Shown here: piece after piece, positions 38,485 to 49,216 of the stretch
Layout of the letters: every line of letters begins with the position of its first letter
Position numbering within the stretch: position 1 is the stretch's first letter
NCBI GenBank assembly: GCA_963789955.1
Contig: CAWBMV010000006.1
Location: 1-64,000, forward strand
Length of the DNA: 64,000 bases
Reading direction: 5' to 3'
Source of the DNA: an uncultured Candidatus Rokubacteria bacterium
GTDB taxonomy: Bacteria > Methylomirabilota > Methylomirabilia > Rokubacteriales > CSP1-6
The notes under the pieces: model-generated
What the model was told of the DNA's origin: nothing
The model's input: only the letters and a program-made list of their open reading frames with translations
The model's database searches: none
Position numbers and translations under genes: made by a program

Positions 38485-41400
38485 ATGTCCGCCGTGACGA
38501 CGGTGGGCGCGTTGATGGGTCAGAGCGCGGGCATGGTCGCCCTGCGACAGCAGATCTCGCGCGTGCTCGGCCGCCAGATCGACGCGGCGCGCCGCTCGCC
38601 GCCCATCCTCGTCCTGGGAGAGACGGGCACCGGTAAGGGACTGGTGGCCGCGACGATCCACCGGGCCGGCGCGCGGGCGCGCGGTCCGTTCGTCGACGTC
38701 AACTGCGCGGCCATCCCGGAGACGCTCATCGAGGCCGAGCTGTTCGGCTGGGAGCGTGGGGCGTTCACCGACGCGCGCCAGGCCAAGGCCGGGCTGTTCC
38801 AGACCGCGCACGGCGGCACGATCTTCCTGGACGAGATCGGGCTGTTGCCCTTTCCGCTGCAGTCGAAGCTCCTGAAGGTGATCGAGGACCAGCAGGTCCG
38901 GCGGCTAGGCGGCACGCGCAGCGAGACCGTCGACGTCTGGGTGATCGCGGCCACCAGCGAGGATCTCGACGAGGCCATCCGCGCTCGGCGGTTTCGCGAG
39001 GACCTGTATCACCGGCTGGCGGTCCTGACGCTTCGTCTACCTCCGCTGCGCGAGCGCGGCGACGATGCCGTCCTGCTGGGCGAGCACTTTCTCGCGCGCG
39101 CCTGCGACGACTACGGCCTGGCGCGCAAGACCCTGACACCGGAAGCGCGCGCCGCCCTGCGCACCTTCGCCTGGCCCGGCAACGTCCGGCAGCTGGCCAA
39201 CGTGATGGAGCGTGCGGCGCTGCTGACCGACTCGTCCGCGGTGGCTGCGGAAGAGCTCGGGCTCACGCCAGATCCAGCGACACCCGGCTCCTCGGCCCGA
39301 GAGATGTCGAGCCCACACCCCGGCGTCGCGCTCGAGGATGCCATGCGTGATGTCGAGCGCGCGCGCTTGCTCGACGCGCTCGAGGCGAGCGGCGGAAACA
39401 TCACGCGGGCAGCAGAGCGGCTCGGCCTGCCGCGCAACACCTTACGCTACCGGCTGGACCGACACGGGCTCGCGCTCGAGGCCGACTCGCCCCGACGGCG
39501 GGGAGGCCGGCCGGCCGGCTCGGTTCCGCGGCCTGACAGCGCGGTCGCGACACCTCCGCCCGGCGTGCCGGTCGGCGGAATCGCGCCGCCTGACCTTGCT
39601 CCGAGTGGCCCTCGTCTCTCCGCGCACCGAGCCGCACTCGTCCGAGATGTCGCGGGCGCTCGAAGGCGTCATGGACAAGGCGCAGGGTTTTGGCGGCTGG
39701 ATCGAAAGCGTCGGGCCCAGCGGCGCCCTCGTGGTGTTCGGGCTCGACCCGGCCGAGGATGCGTCCCGTCGCGCGGTGCACGCGGCCGTGGCCATCCGCC
39801 AGGCGGCCGCGCGCGCCCGGCGCGACGACGCGCTCCGGCCCGATGTGAGCATCGCGATCCACACCGCGAGCCTGGGGGTCGCACCCGGCGACGGCGATGT
39901 CGTGCTCGAGAGCGAAGGCCGGCGCGAGGCCTGCGCGGTCCTCGACGCGCTCGTCGCGGCGGCTGAACCGGGAAGCGTCATCGTCGGGGCGCGCGCGGCC
40001 GGCTCGCTCGGTCGGCATTTCGAGCTCGCACGGATCGCCGATTCCTCGGGTACCGAAGCCGCGTACCGGCTCGTGAGCTACGCCGAGCGCGAGCTACGCC
40101 GCGCGCGCTTCGTCGGCCGCGACCGCGAGCTCCGACTGCTCGCCGACCGCTTCGAGCAGGCGCGCGCCGGGCAGGGGCAGGTGTGCATGATCGTCGGCGA
40201 GCCCGGGATCGGCAAGTCGCGGCTCCTCCAGGAGCTCCGGCAGCGGCTCGGCGACGCCGCGGCATGGGTCGAGGCGCAGGCCGTCCCGTTCGGCCGGGCG
40301 ATGCCGTTTCACCCGGTCGTCGACATGTTGCGGCAATCGTGCGCGATCCAGGAAGGCGATAGCGCCGCAACCGTTGCCGCCAAGCTCGAGCAGCGGGTGC
40401 GTCGGCTGGACGAGCGTCTGACCCCGACCTTGCCGTTCCTGCGATCGATGCTGGGAGTCGATCCCGGCGATCGGGCGGTCAGCACCATGGACCCGAAGCT
40501 CCGCCGGGTGGAGATCGTCCACGCCACGCAGCAAATGCTGGCGCGAGCGGCCGAGGTCCAGCCGCACGTCATGGTGCTCGAGGACGCGCACTGGATGGAC
40601 GCCGCCACGGAAGAATGGGCGGCGCGCCTGGCCGAGAGCATCGCCGCACAGCGCGTGCTGCTCGTCGTGACCTATCGTCCCGGCTACAGGCCGCCCTTCA
40701 GCGATCAGACATTCCACACCCGGCTCGCGCTCACGACCCTGTCGACCGACGACAGCGTGCACATGGCTCGCGAGCTTCTCGGGGCCGCAGCGGTGCCGGA
40801 CGACGTCGAGACGCTGATCGTGAGCAAGGCGGAGGGCAACCCCTTCTTCCTCGAAGAGCTCGTGCGATCGGTCGGTGAGCTGGGCTCGGCGGGCCCACTC
40901 GATGCCACGCGCGTGCCCGATACCATCCAGGAGGCCGTGACCGCGCGTATCGATCGGCTGGCGGAGCCGGCCCGGCGCGCGCTTCGGATCGCAGCGGTCA
41001 TCGGTCGCGAGTTCTCGCGCGGGCTCCTCGGCCGAGTCGTCGAGAGCGCGGCGCCGCTCGACGATCTGCTGCGCGAGCTACGCGCCGTGGAGCTGATCCA
41101 CGAGCAGCGCGTCTTCCCCGACGTGTCCTACGCCTTCAAGCACGCGCTGACCCACGACGTGACGTACCAGTCGATTCCGGCTCACGAGCGCCGCACGCTC
41201 CATCGTCGGATCGCCCAGGCGCTCGAGGCCCTTCACGGCGACCGAGTGGGCGAGGTGGCGGGTATGCTGGCTCGCCACTACGTCGCGGCCGAGGACTGGG
41301 AGCGCGCCCTCGTGCACCTCGTCCGCGCGGCAGAGGCCGCCGCTCGGGCGTTCGCCACCCGCGACGCGCTCGAGCTCTACGACGACGCGCTGGAGGCCGC

Positions 41401-42715
41401 GGCGCGTCTTCCAGGCACGGGCGAGCGCGTCATCGCGATCCATCAGGCCCGCAGCGCGCTCTACTTCGTGGTCAGCGATTTCGAGCGATCGCGCGAAGCG
41501 GCGGGCCTCGCGCGCGACCTGGCTCACGATGCCGGCGACGCCACCCGCGAAGGCGTGGCGCTGGCCGCGATGGCGTGGGCCGCCACCTGGGCCCGCGATC
41601 TCGACGGCGCCGTCGCGCACGCGCGCGAGGCGATCGATCTGGCGGGCCCCGGCCGGCGCCGAGACGGTGCTGGCGCGGGCGCAGTTCACGATTGGATTCG
41701 TGCAAGGCGTGACCGGCGTCCTTGACGAGGCGAAGAGCGCGATCCAGAGCTCGGTCGTGACGAGCCGCTCGGCGGGCGACATGATCCACCACTCCCTGGC
41801 CCTGACGATGGGCGGTCTGATCAAGAACTGGGAGTCGGAGTTCGCGGCCGCCGATCAGCTGCAGGCGCAGGGGCTGGCGATCGCCCGCGAGCAGAATCTC
41901 CTGGTGCCTCTGCTGTTCAGCGCCTTCCTGCGCGGCCTCACCCTGGTCGGCAAGGGGAGCTACACGGAGGCCCTCGCCACCTTCCACGAAGGCCTCGAGC
42001 TGTCCGAGAAGGTCGGCGACGAGGTCATTCACCACCGGCTCCTGAACTGCCTGGGCTGGCTGCACTACGAGCTCGGCGATCTCGACCGGGCAGCCGAGCT
42101 CAATCGCCTGAGCGCCGACGGCGGGCGCCGCCGGAACGATCCCGGAACGTTGCCGAACGCCGAGCTGAATCTCGGCGACATCTTCCTGGCCCGGGGTGAC
42201 CTGCCCGCCGCGCGCGAGATGCTCGAGCGCGTCGACCGATTCGCCCGCGATCCCGCGACGAGTGCCTGGATGCGCTTTCGCTACTCGATCCGGCTCTGCG
42301 CGAGCCTGGGCGAGCTGGCGCTCGCGCAAGGCGATCTCGACCAGGCGCGGCGCCACGCCGAGCGCTGTCTGGAGCTCGCCACGCGCACGAACGCGCGGAA
42401 GAATCTCGTCAAGGGCTGGCGGCTGGCCGGCGAGGTGGCATCCGCCGCGCGACGCTGGGCCGACGCGGAGCACGCGCTCGGCCAGGCACGGACGATCGCC
42501 GAGAGCCATCGGGAATCCGACCCAGCTCTGGCGCACGTACGCCGCGCTCGCGCGGTTCCACGCCGCGCGCGGTGACAAGGACGCCGCGCGTCTTGCCGCC
42601 GGCGCCGGTGCCCGCGTCGTTGACGGCATGCTGGCCGGAGCTGACTGACCCGAGCGTTACGGCGCGCCTCGAAGGGCTCGCGCTCGTGCGCGAGCTTCGC
42701 TCTACGGCGGGCTGA
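38485..42715 (+). CDS. sigma54-interacting AAA+ - Fis HTH - degenerate cyclase - STAND NTPase - TPR fusion regulator (frameshifts near 39570, 41640, 42505, 42640)
   Basis: GETGTGK, ELFGWERGAFTDA, IFLDEIG, FREDLYHRL, WPGNVRQL, GNITRAAERLGLPRNTLRYRL. Then GEPGIGKS, VLEDAHWMD, GNPFFLEE, YAFKHAL and TPR-like helices. Confidence 0.85.
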
Positions 42716-42759
42716 CCCGCGGCGCACCCAGATCAATCGCCGTGATCGGCGTGCCCGGT

Positions 42760-43213
42760 CCGACGGCACATGGGTGCAGGACATCGATCGCGTAGCCGAC
42801 GTTCAAACGCTCACCGAGCCATCCCGGCTCTACTCGTCTGAGCATCTAGAACAACGCCCAGCGGCATCGTTTCGCTCGCGGAGAAGCGTCGCCGGATCAC
42901 CGTGCATGTCAGGTGACGGCGGAACTTCGGGCAGAGGTTGGCCATCGGGTCGCCGGAATCGAAGCTCACCGTTGGGCTCGCGATCGAGCTGATAGCCCTC
43001 CTCATGGACGGCGCGATGATGCCGGCGACATGAGTAGCGCGAGATTCGAGAGCGTCGTCGGTCCGCCACGGGCCCAGTGGCGGATGTGGTGTTCCAGCCC
43101 TCACGGGCGTCGAACTCGCGGATCAGATCCAGCAGCCGGGCGGTCGCGGCTTCGAGGTGAGCCGACAGCTCGGCGATCTCATCGCTTAGACGGTCGAGCG
43201 CGAGCGTGTCCAT
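42760..43213 (-). pseudogene. Internally deleted DUF222-HNH endonuclease remnant
   Basis: GGAGG RBS. The N-terminal DEIAELSAHLEAATARLLDLIREFDAREGW is joined directly to the HNH segment HHIRHWARGGPTTLSNLALL-CRRHHRAVHEEG. Confidence 0.7.
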
Positions 43214-43505
43214 GACGAGCCTCCTTCTTCAAGAGACTCTACACATGGATTTTGCGGGCCTCTCAGGGGCATCAGGAGCGACGATCGTGCTACGAGCAGC
43301 CGTTTTGGGGAGTCAGCGCCTCACGGCATAACCGGTAGCGCTTAGCTCATCGCTGATGCGATTCTAGAGAAAGGCGCTGGGAACGAGCCGATGCGCAGCC
43401 GAAAAGCTGTCAAGCAGAAAACGCAAACCGGCGAGCGAACAACACCCGTCGGCTTGCGAAATCTCCGGGCGTATCGAAAATCAGACGCGAGCGCGAGCGG
43501 ACAAC

Positions 43506-43901
43506 CTACAGCTTCGCGACCGCCGCCTTCGCGACGTCCTCGTCCTGCTGCGAGGTCCCGCCGCCCACGCCGCACGCGCCCTCGACCACGCCGTTCTTGA
43601 TGATCGGTACGGCGCCCATGCTCGGGATCATGTGGCCGCCCTCGGCCGCGGCGATGCCCTGGATGATCGGGCTCCCGGCGCGCTCCTGCAGCTCGCCGCT
43701 GGCACGTCCGAACGCAGCCGAGGCGATGGCTTTGCCCTGGGAGCCGTAGACGCTGCCCCAGATGGCGCCGTCCATGCGATTGAACGCCATCAGCCGCCCG
43801 CCGGCGTCGCAGACCGCCGCGCTGACCTTGATGTTCATCTCCTGGGCCTTGGTGATCGCGGCTTGAACGATGCGATTGGCTTCAGCGAGTGTCAGAGCCA
43901 T
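43506..43901 (-). CDS. GlcG/HbpS family heme-binding protein
   Basis: LTLAEA, AVCDAGG, RMDGA, K..A.AF, GAVPI...GACGVGG...QDE. Confidence 0.85.
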   Translation of the reverse strand: MALTLAEANRIVQAAITKAQEMNIKVSAAVCDAGGRLMAFNRMDGAIWGSVYGSQGKAIASAAFGRASGELQERAGSPIIQGIAAAEGGHMIPSMGAVPIIKNGVVEGACGVGGGTSQQDEDVAKAAVAKL

Positions 43902-43942
43902 TGGATGTCCTCCTGTAAGTGTGTGAGCGAGCCCGGCCGAGT

Positions 43943-44699
43943 CTATTCGGCCGTCGTGCCGCCGTCGATGACCAGCTCGCTCCCCGTCATGAACGACGAC
44001 TCGTCGGACGCCAGGTACAGGACGCCGTAGGCGACGTCCTCGGGCGTCCCGACGCGGCCCATCGGCAGCCGGCGCATGCGCTGCCTCGAGCTGAGCCTTG
44101 TTCTCCAGGACGTCCTTGATCATGTCGGTCGCGATCGGCCCGGGATGGACGGAGTTGCAGCGAATACCTTCCTTCGCGTGCTGAACCGCCGTCGACTTCG
44201 TGAACAACCGCACGGCGCCCTTCGTCGCGGTGTAGGCGGCCGTGAAGCCCGGCGCCCCGACCAGCCCCGCCGTCGACGAGATGTTGATGATCGAGCCGCC
44301 GCCGGCCTGGCGCATCGCCGGGATCGCGTGCTTCGTGCCGAGGAAGACGCCCTTGACGTTGATCGCCATGATGCGGTCCCAGTCTTCTTCCGACGTCTCC
44401 TCGATCTTCGAGCGGAAGAGGATGCCGGCGTTGTTGACGAGCACGTTCAGCTTGCCGTAGGAGCTCACGGCCGTCGCGATCGCCGCGCGCCAGTCGGCCT
44501 CGCGCGTCACGTTCAGGTGCACGTAGGTCGCCTTGCCGCCGGAGGCGCGGATCTCCGCCTCGACCTTCTTGCCCTCGTCGTCGAGGACGTCGCCGAGCAC
44601 CACCGAGGCGCCCTCGCGCACGAACATCCGCCCCTCGACCGCGCCCTGTCCGCGGGCGCCGCCGCTGATCAACGCGACCTTGCCGTCCAGTCGTCCCAT
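43943..44699 (-). CDS. Short-chain dehydrogenase/reductase (3alpha,20beta-HSD/cyclopentanol DH-like); frameshift near 44085
   Basis: [36 protein letters not shown]. Confidence 0.88.
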
Positions 44700-44716
44700 C
44701 AGAGTGTCCTCCGAAG

Positions 44717-45664
44717 CTATTGCGGGTGGGTTTTGAGCCACTCGATGTACGCCGCGATCCCGCCCTCGAGCGTGTGCTCGGGTTTGTACCCGACCTCCGC
44801 CGCCCGACCCAGATCGGTCGCCGGATTCGTCGACCCGCCCGGCGTCTTGCCGGGCTTCAGGGCTGAGCACCGCGCGCCGGGGACGGCCTTGCGCACCGCC
44901 TCGAACGCGTCTCGGTTGGAGCTCGCGCGCCCGGACGCGATGTTGTACACGCGATGCGTGAGCTTGTCCGCCGTGTGCACCTGCTGGATGCCCCGCGCGA
45001 CGTCTTTCACGTAGGTCCAGTCGGCCTGGTCGTCCGCGAAGATCTTGCCGTCGGGACGGTCGCCGAAATCCGGCTCGGTGTTGCGGGCGGCGCCGTGGCA
45101 CATGCGGCTGATCGGATTGTGCATGCTGTAGTAGTACGGGCCGTAGATGCTGCCGATGCGCAGCGCGACCACGTCGATCTTGGTCTGGGCCGCGTAGAAG
45201 TGGGCGTGCATCTCCATGCCCTTCTTGAAGGCCGACACCTGTGTCGGCGAGATCACCGGCAGCGGCATGTCCTCGCGGTAGGGGCCGTGCGGGATGCCAC
45301 CGTAGACGCCCACGGAGCTGCCGAGCGACACGCGCCGTAGCCCGAAGGTGCGCGCGGCCTCGAGCACGTTCTGCAGACCCGCCGTGTAGAGATGATAATC
45401 GGCCCCGGTCGAGAGGCTGCGGGCGGGCGGAGCCATGAGATTCACGATGCTCTCGACCTGATGGCGACGCACGACTTCGAACACCTCGTACGGGTTGGTC
45501 ACGTCCATCTGCGCGATCATGACGCGGGTGCCGATCTCGCTCTTGAGCACGTCCGGAATGCGGCGCGCACTGTGCTGCGAGAGCACGACGCGCTTGCCGA
45601 CCTCCAGGAACCGCAGGGCCGTGTTCAGGCCGATGAAACCCATGCCGCCGATGATCAGAATCAT
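44717..45664 (-). CDS. NAD-dependent epimerase/dehydratase family protein
   Basis: GGAGG RBS, IIGGMGFIG, SSVGVYG, DWTYVKD. Confidence 0.85.
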   Translation of the reverse strand: MILIIGGMGFIGLNTALRFLEVGKRVVLSQHSARRIPDVLKSEIGTRVMIAQMDVTNPYEVFEVVRRHQVESIVNLMAPPARSLSTGADYHLYTAGLQNVLEAARTFGLRRVSLGSSVGVYGGIPHGPYREDMPLPVISPTQVSAFKKGMEMHAHFYAAQTKIDVVALRIGSIYGPYYYSMHNPISRMCHGAARNTEPDFGDRPDGKIFADDQADWTYVKDVARGIQQVHTADKLTHRVYNIASGRASSNRDAFEAVRKAVPGARCSALKPGKTPGGSTNPATDLGRAAEVGYKPEHTLEGGIAAYIEWLKTHPQ

Positions 45665-45973
45665 GAGGCACCTCCGCGTGGCGGATAGCCGGACGTGTAC
45701 CACTGCGGGGCCGCTATGACAACGGGAATTCCGCGCCTCGACGGGCGAGGGACGTTCCGCGCACGCCATACCGACTCGGGCAGGGAGCCGCCGGACGGGA
45801 TTGAGAACCACGGGCGACCTAGCAGGCCGGAGGCATTCGGGCGGCGGGGGCTGGTGGTCATAGGACGGCAATGCCCCGTGGGGCGGATTTCCGGGAACGG
45901 CGCTTCCTTGTGCTGTATATGCTGAGGTGCTCCAGCAGAGGGACGAGGCAAAGGGGCCCGCAAGGAGGACGTC

Positions 45974-47008
45974 ATGCGCGACGGCATCTTCATCGTGGAC
46001 GGCGACGGCCATGTCATGGACTTCGCGCACCGCTGCTACGAGAAATACCTGCCGGAGCAGTACCGCCGCCGCATCGCCTTCTTCCCGGGCGCCCAGTGGG
46101 ACCGGCGCCAGGCGCCCAACGGCGATCTGGGGCGCGACCCCGACACGCCGCAGGAGATGTTGGCCGATCTCGGGCAGGAGGGGATCGATCTCGCGTTCCT
46201 CTATCCCACCTCGGCCCTGCGCATCGGCGAGATCCGCGAGGCGGACTACCAGGCCGCGCTGTGCCGTGCCTACAACGACTTCATGGCCGACTGGTGCAAG
46301 GCCGCGCCGGATCGGCTGAAGGGTGTGGCGATCGTGCCCTACCTGGACCCGACCGAGGCGGCGCGCGAGCTCGACCGCGCCGTGTCGCGCCTCGGGCTCG
46401 TCGGGCTCATGTTCCCGACCTTCATCCCCGGACGGAACGTCGCCGATCCCTTCTTCTGGCCGATCTACGAAGAGGCCGAGCGCCTGGGCGTGCCGGTGGG
46501 CATGCACGCCTCGGGCAGCGAGACCGGCGATCCCTACCGGTTCAGTAATTTCCTGGCGGTGCACACGTGGACTCACGCGCCCGAGCAGATGATCTCCGTG
46601 ATCAGCTGCGTCTACGGCGGGCTCTTCGAGAAGTTCCAGCGGCTGCGGATCGGCTTCATGGAGTCGGGCGCCGGCTGGGTGCCGTTCTTCATGGAGCACA
46701 TGGACGGCGAGTTCGAGAAGCGGCCGTGGGACGCGCCGCTCTGCAAGGCGAAGCCGAGCGAGTACGTGACCTGCGGCCGCGCCTACTTCTCGTGCGAGCC
46801 GGAGGAGAAGACGATCCCGTACGTCACCAGCTGGATCGGCGAGGACCACATCCTCTACGCCTCGGACTACCCGCACTGGGACAGCGAGTGGCCGCACACG
46901 GTCGACGAGCTCTTGCACCGCAAAGACCTCGAGCCGCGTGTGAAGGCGAAGATCCTCGGGCAGAACGCGCTTCGATTTTACGATTTGAAATCGCCCGTTT
47001 CACGCTAA
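45974..47008 (+). CDS. Amidohydrolase family protein (Amidohydro_2; possible decarboxylase/hydratase)
   Basis: VDGDGHV, RAYNDF, VGMHA, MESGAGW, YASDYPHWD. Confidence 0.88.
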   Translation: MRDGIFIVDGDGHVMDFAHRCYEKYLPEQYRRRIAFFPGAQWDRRQAPNGDLGRDPDTPQEMLADLGQEGIDLAFLYPTSALRIGEIREADYQAALCRAYNDFMADWCKAAPDRLKGVAIVPYLDPTEAARELDRAVSRLGLVGLMFPTFIPGRNVADPFFWPIYEEAERLGVPVGMHASGSETGDPYRFSNFLAVHTWTHAPEQMISVISCVYGGLFEKFQRLRIGFMESGAGWVPFFMEHMDGEFEKRPWDAPLCKAKPSEYVTCGRAYFSCEPEEKTIPYVTSWIGEDHILYASDYPHWDSEWPHTVDELLHRKDLEPRVKAKILGQNALRFYDLKSPVSR

Positions 47009-47018
47009 GGAGATCGCG

Positions 47019-48111
47019 ATGAACCGCTCAGCCGCGACCGCCGCCGAGACCGAGTTCCACGACAGGATGCACGCCGCCCACATGTACGGGCTCTGGGAGC
47101 TGGCGAGCCAGATGACGAGGCACCCCGAGCCGCAAGGCGATCCCCTACATGTGGACGGCGTCGCTGATCGAGTCGCATCGTGCGCGAAGCCGGCGAGGTC
47201 GTGCCCGTCGGCGAGGAGCGCCGCGCGCTGCAGCTCTTCAACCCCGGCCTCGACGGCCGCTGGGCGACGACCAACACGATGATCGCCGCCGTCCAGCTCC
47301 TGCTGCCGGGCGAGGTGGCGCGCGCGCATCGCCACACGCCCGACCGCGATCCGCTTCATCATGGAAGGCGAGGGCGCCTACACCGCGGTCGACGGCGAGC
47401 GCGTCTACATGGCGCCCGGCGATCTCGTCCTGACGCCGAGCTGGGCCTGGCACGACCACGGCAACGAGACCGACAAGCCCGTCGTCTGGATGGACGGGCT
47501 CGACATCCCGCTCGATCCAGTCGCTCAACGCGATGTTCTTCCAGATGTACGACGCAGCCGCAGGTGCCGCTGACCAAGCCGAACAACGCCTCGCGTACGC
47601 TGCACGGCCACGTCGAGCCTGAGCCCGACGTGGGTGAAGGAGCGCCCGCAGTCGTCGCCGCTGCTGCTCTACTCCTGGGAGAAGACGTGGCAGTCGCTCG
47701 ACGCGCTGCGCGACGCCGCCGGCGACGCGCACGACGGCATCGCGCTCGAGTACACGCACCCGCAGACCGGGCGCTCGCTGCTGCCGACGATGGCCTGCTG
47801 GATCCAGATGCTCCGCCCCGGCGAGCGCCTGAAGGCGCATCGCCACACCGGCAGCGCCGTCTACTACGTGGTCGCAGGGCGACGGGCGAGACGATCATCG
47901 ACGGCTGCCGCTTCGCCTGGGGCAAGGGCGACATCATCGCGCTGCCGTCGTGGGCCCTGCACGAGCACGCCAACACGCTCGTCGCGCGACGCCGCCGATC
48001 CTCTTCTCGATCCAGGATCGCCCGGTGCTCGAGGCGCTCGGCCTCTACCGCGAAGAGGCGCTGACGGAGAACGGCGGCCACCAGAAGGTGACCTCGACCT
48101 TCACGGCCTAG
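47019..48111 (+). CDS. Bicupin gentisate 1,2-dioxygenase-like ring-cleavage enzyme (frameshifted)
   Basis: [54 protein letters not shown]. Confidence 0.82.
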
Positions 48112-48121
48112 CGCCGGGCGC

Positions 48122-49206
48122 TCAGCGCCAGCGCGCGAACGCCCAGCCGCCGCCGGTCCCGGCCGGCGTGCGATACACGGGCACGTAGTCGAGCAGCTCC
48201 ATCTTCAGCCGCGCCCGCTGCATCGCGCCGCCCAGCGCCACCCAGTTCAAGGACTCCGAGGCGGCCGAGTGCAGGCGATGGCGCGGAATGCGAGCGCAGC
48301 GCCGCCGCGTCGTTCCGCTCGAGCGCGCCGAGCAGCCCGCGGTCGAGCTCCTCGTCGACGACGAAGTGGCTGAGCCCGCCCGAGGCGATGATGGCGACCG
48401 ACGCGTCGCTCTGCCACTCTTCGATCGCCGCCCGCGACGGCTTCGCCGATCGCGAAGGAGCGCCGGGGCGTCGGCTGGTTCGGCAGGTAGCAGGTGTTCT
48501 GGAAGACCGGCAGGATCGCGCTGGGCTTGTTGTCGAAGAGCCGCTTGACGACGAACGAGAACGCGTGCGGGAGCCCCTGCGGCCGCGGTGGCGGTCTCGC
48601 GCACGTAGTCGAGCTCGCCCTGCTTCGTCGGATAGCGCCGCGCGACACTGCCGCCGTACGGCTGCTTCACGTACCGCATGTGGGCCACGTCGAAGTCGTG
48701 CTCGATCAGGTACTCGATCAGGTAGCGGCCGAACCCGCTCGCGACCGGGACGTCCATCGCCACGTCGCCGTAGCCGCGCCGGATCGCCTCGATCACCGCC
48801 GCGTCCCGCGAGCCCGGGGGCATCGTGCGCGGGATCAGCGGCGCCGTCTCGCCCCAGTAGACCGACAGGGCCGGCATGTTGTCCTCGAAGAACCACTCGT
48901 CCTGGTCGTCGCCGATGATCACGGTGACGTCCGGATTGACGGCGCGCAGGGTGCTCGACAGCTCGTCGAGCGCGCGCTGGCACGCTTCGCTCTGCGCGCG
49001 ATAGGGCTCCGCCCCGCGATATCCGGCGCTGCGCCTCGGGCGAGATCGCGTCGGCCGCTTCCTGTGTACGGCATCACCAGCCCGTGCGGCGGAAAGGCGA
49101 GCTCGGGGTTGCGTTCGTCGTTCTTGGCGAACGACGGCCAGAGCTCGGCGGGCAAGGTGAGCATGGGCGTGTGCGAGGTCGCGAGGCCCAGAACGATGTC
49201 GGCCAT
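48122..49206 (-). CDS. LigB-family (class III extradiol) ring-cleavage dioxygenase (frameshifted)
   Basis: GLATSHTP, IIGDDQ.E.F, GLPHAF, IASGGLSHFVVDEELD, SESLNW. Confidence 0.82.
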
Positions 49207-49216
49207 GATCGCTCCC

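Noticed and set aside
43506..45671. 721-aa epimerase-SDR-GlcG fusion suggested by the ORF track
   Set aside because: An artefact of open alternative frames plus one frameshift. The three genes have their own start and stop codons.
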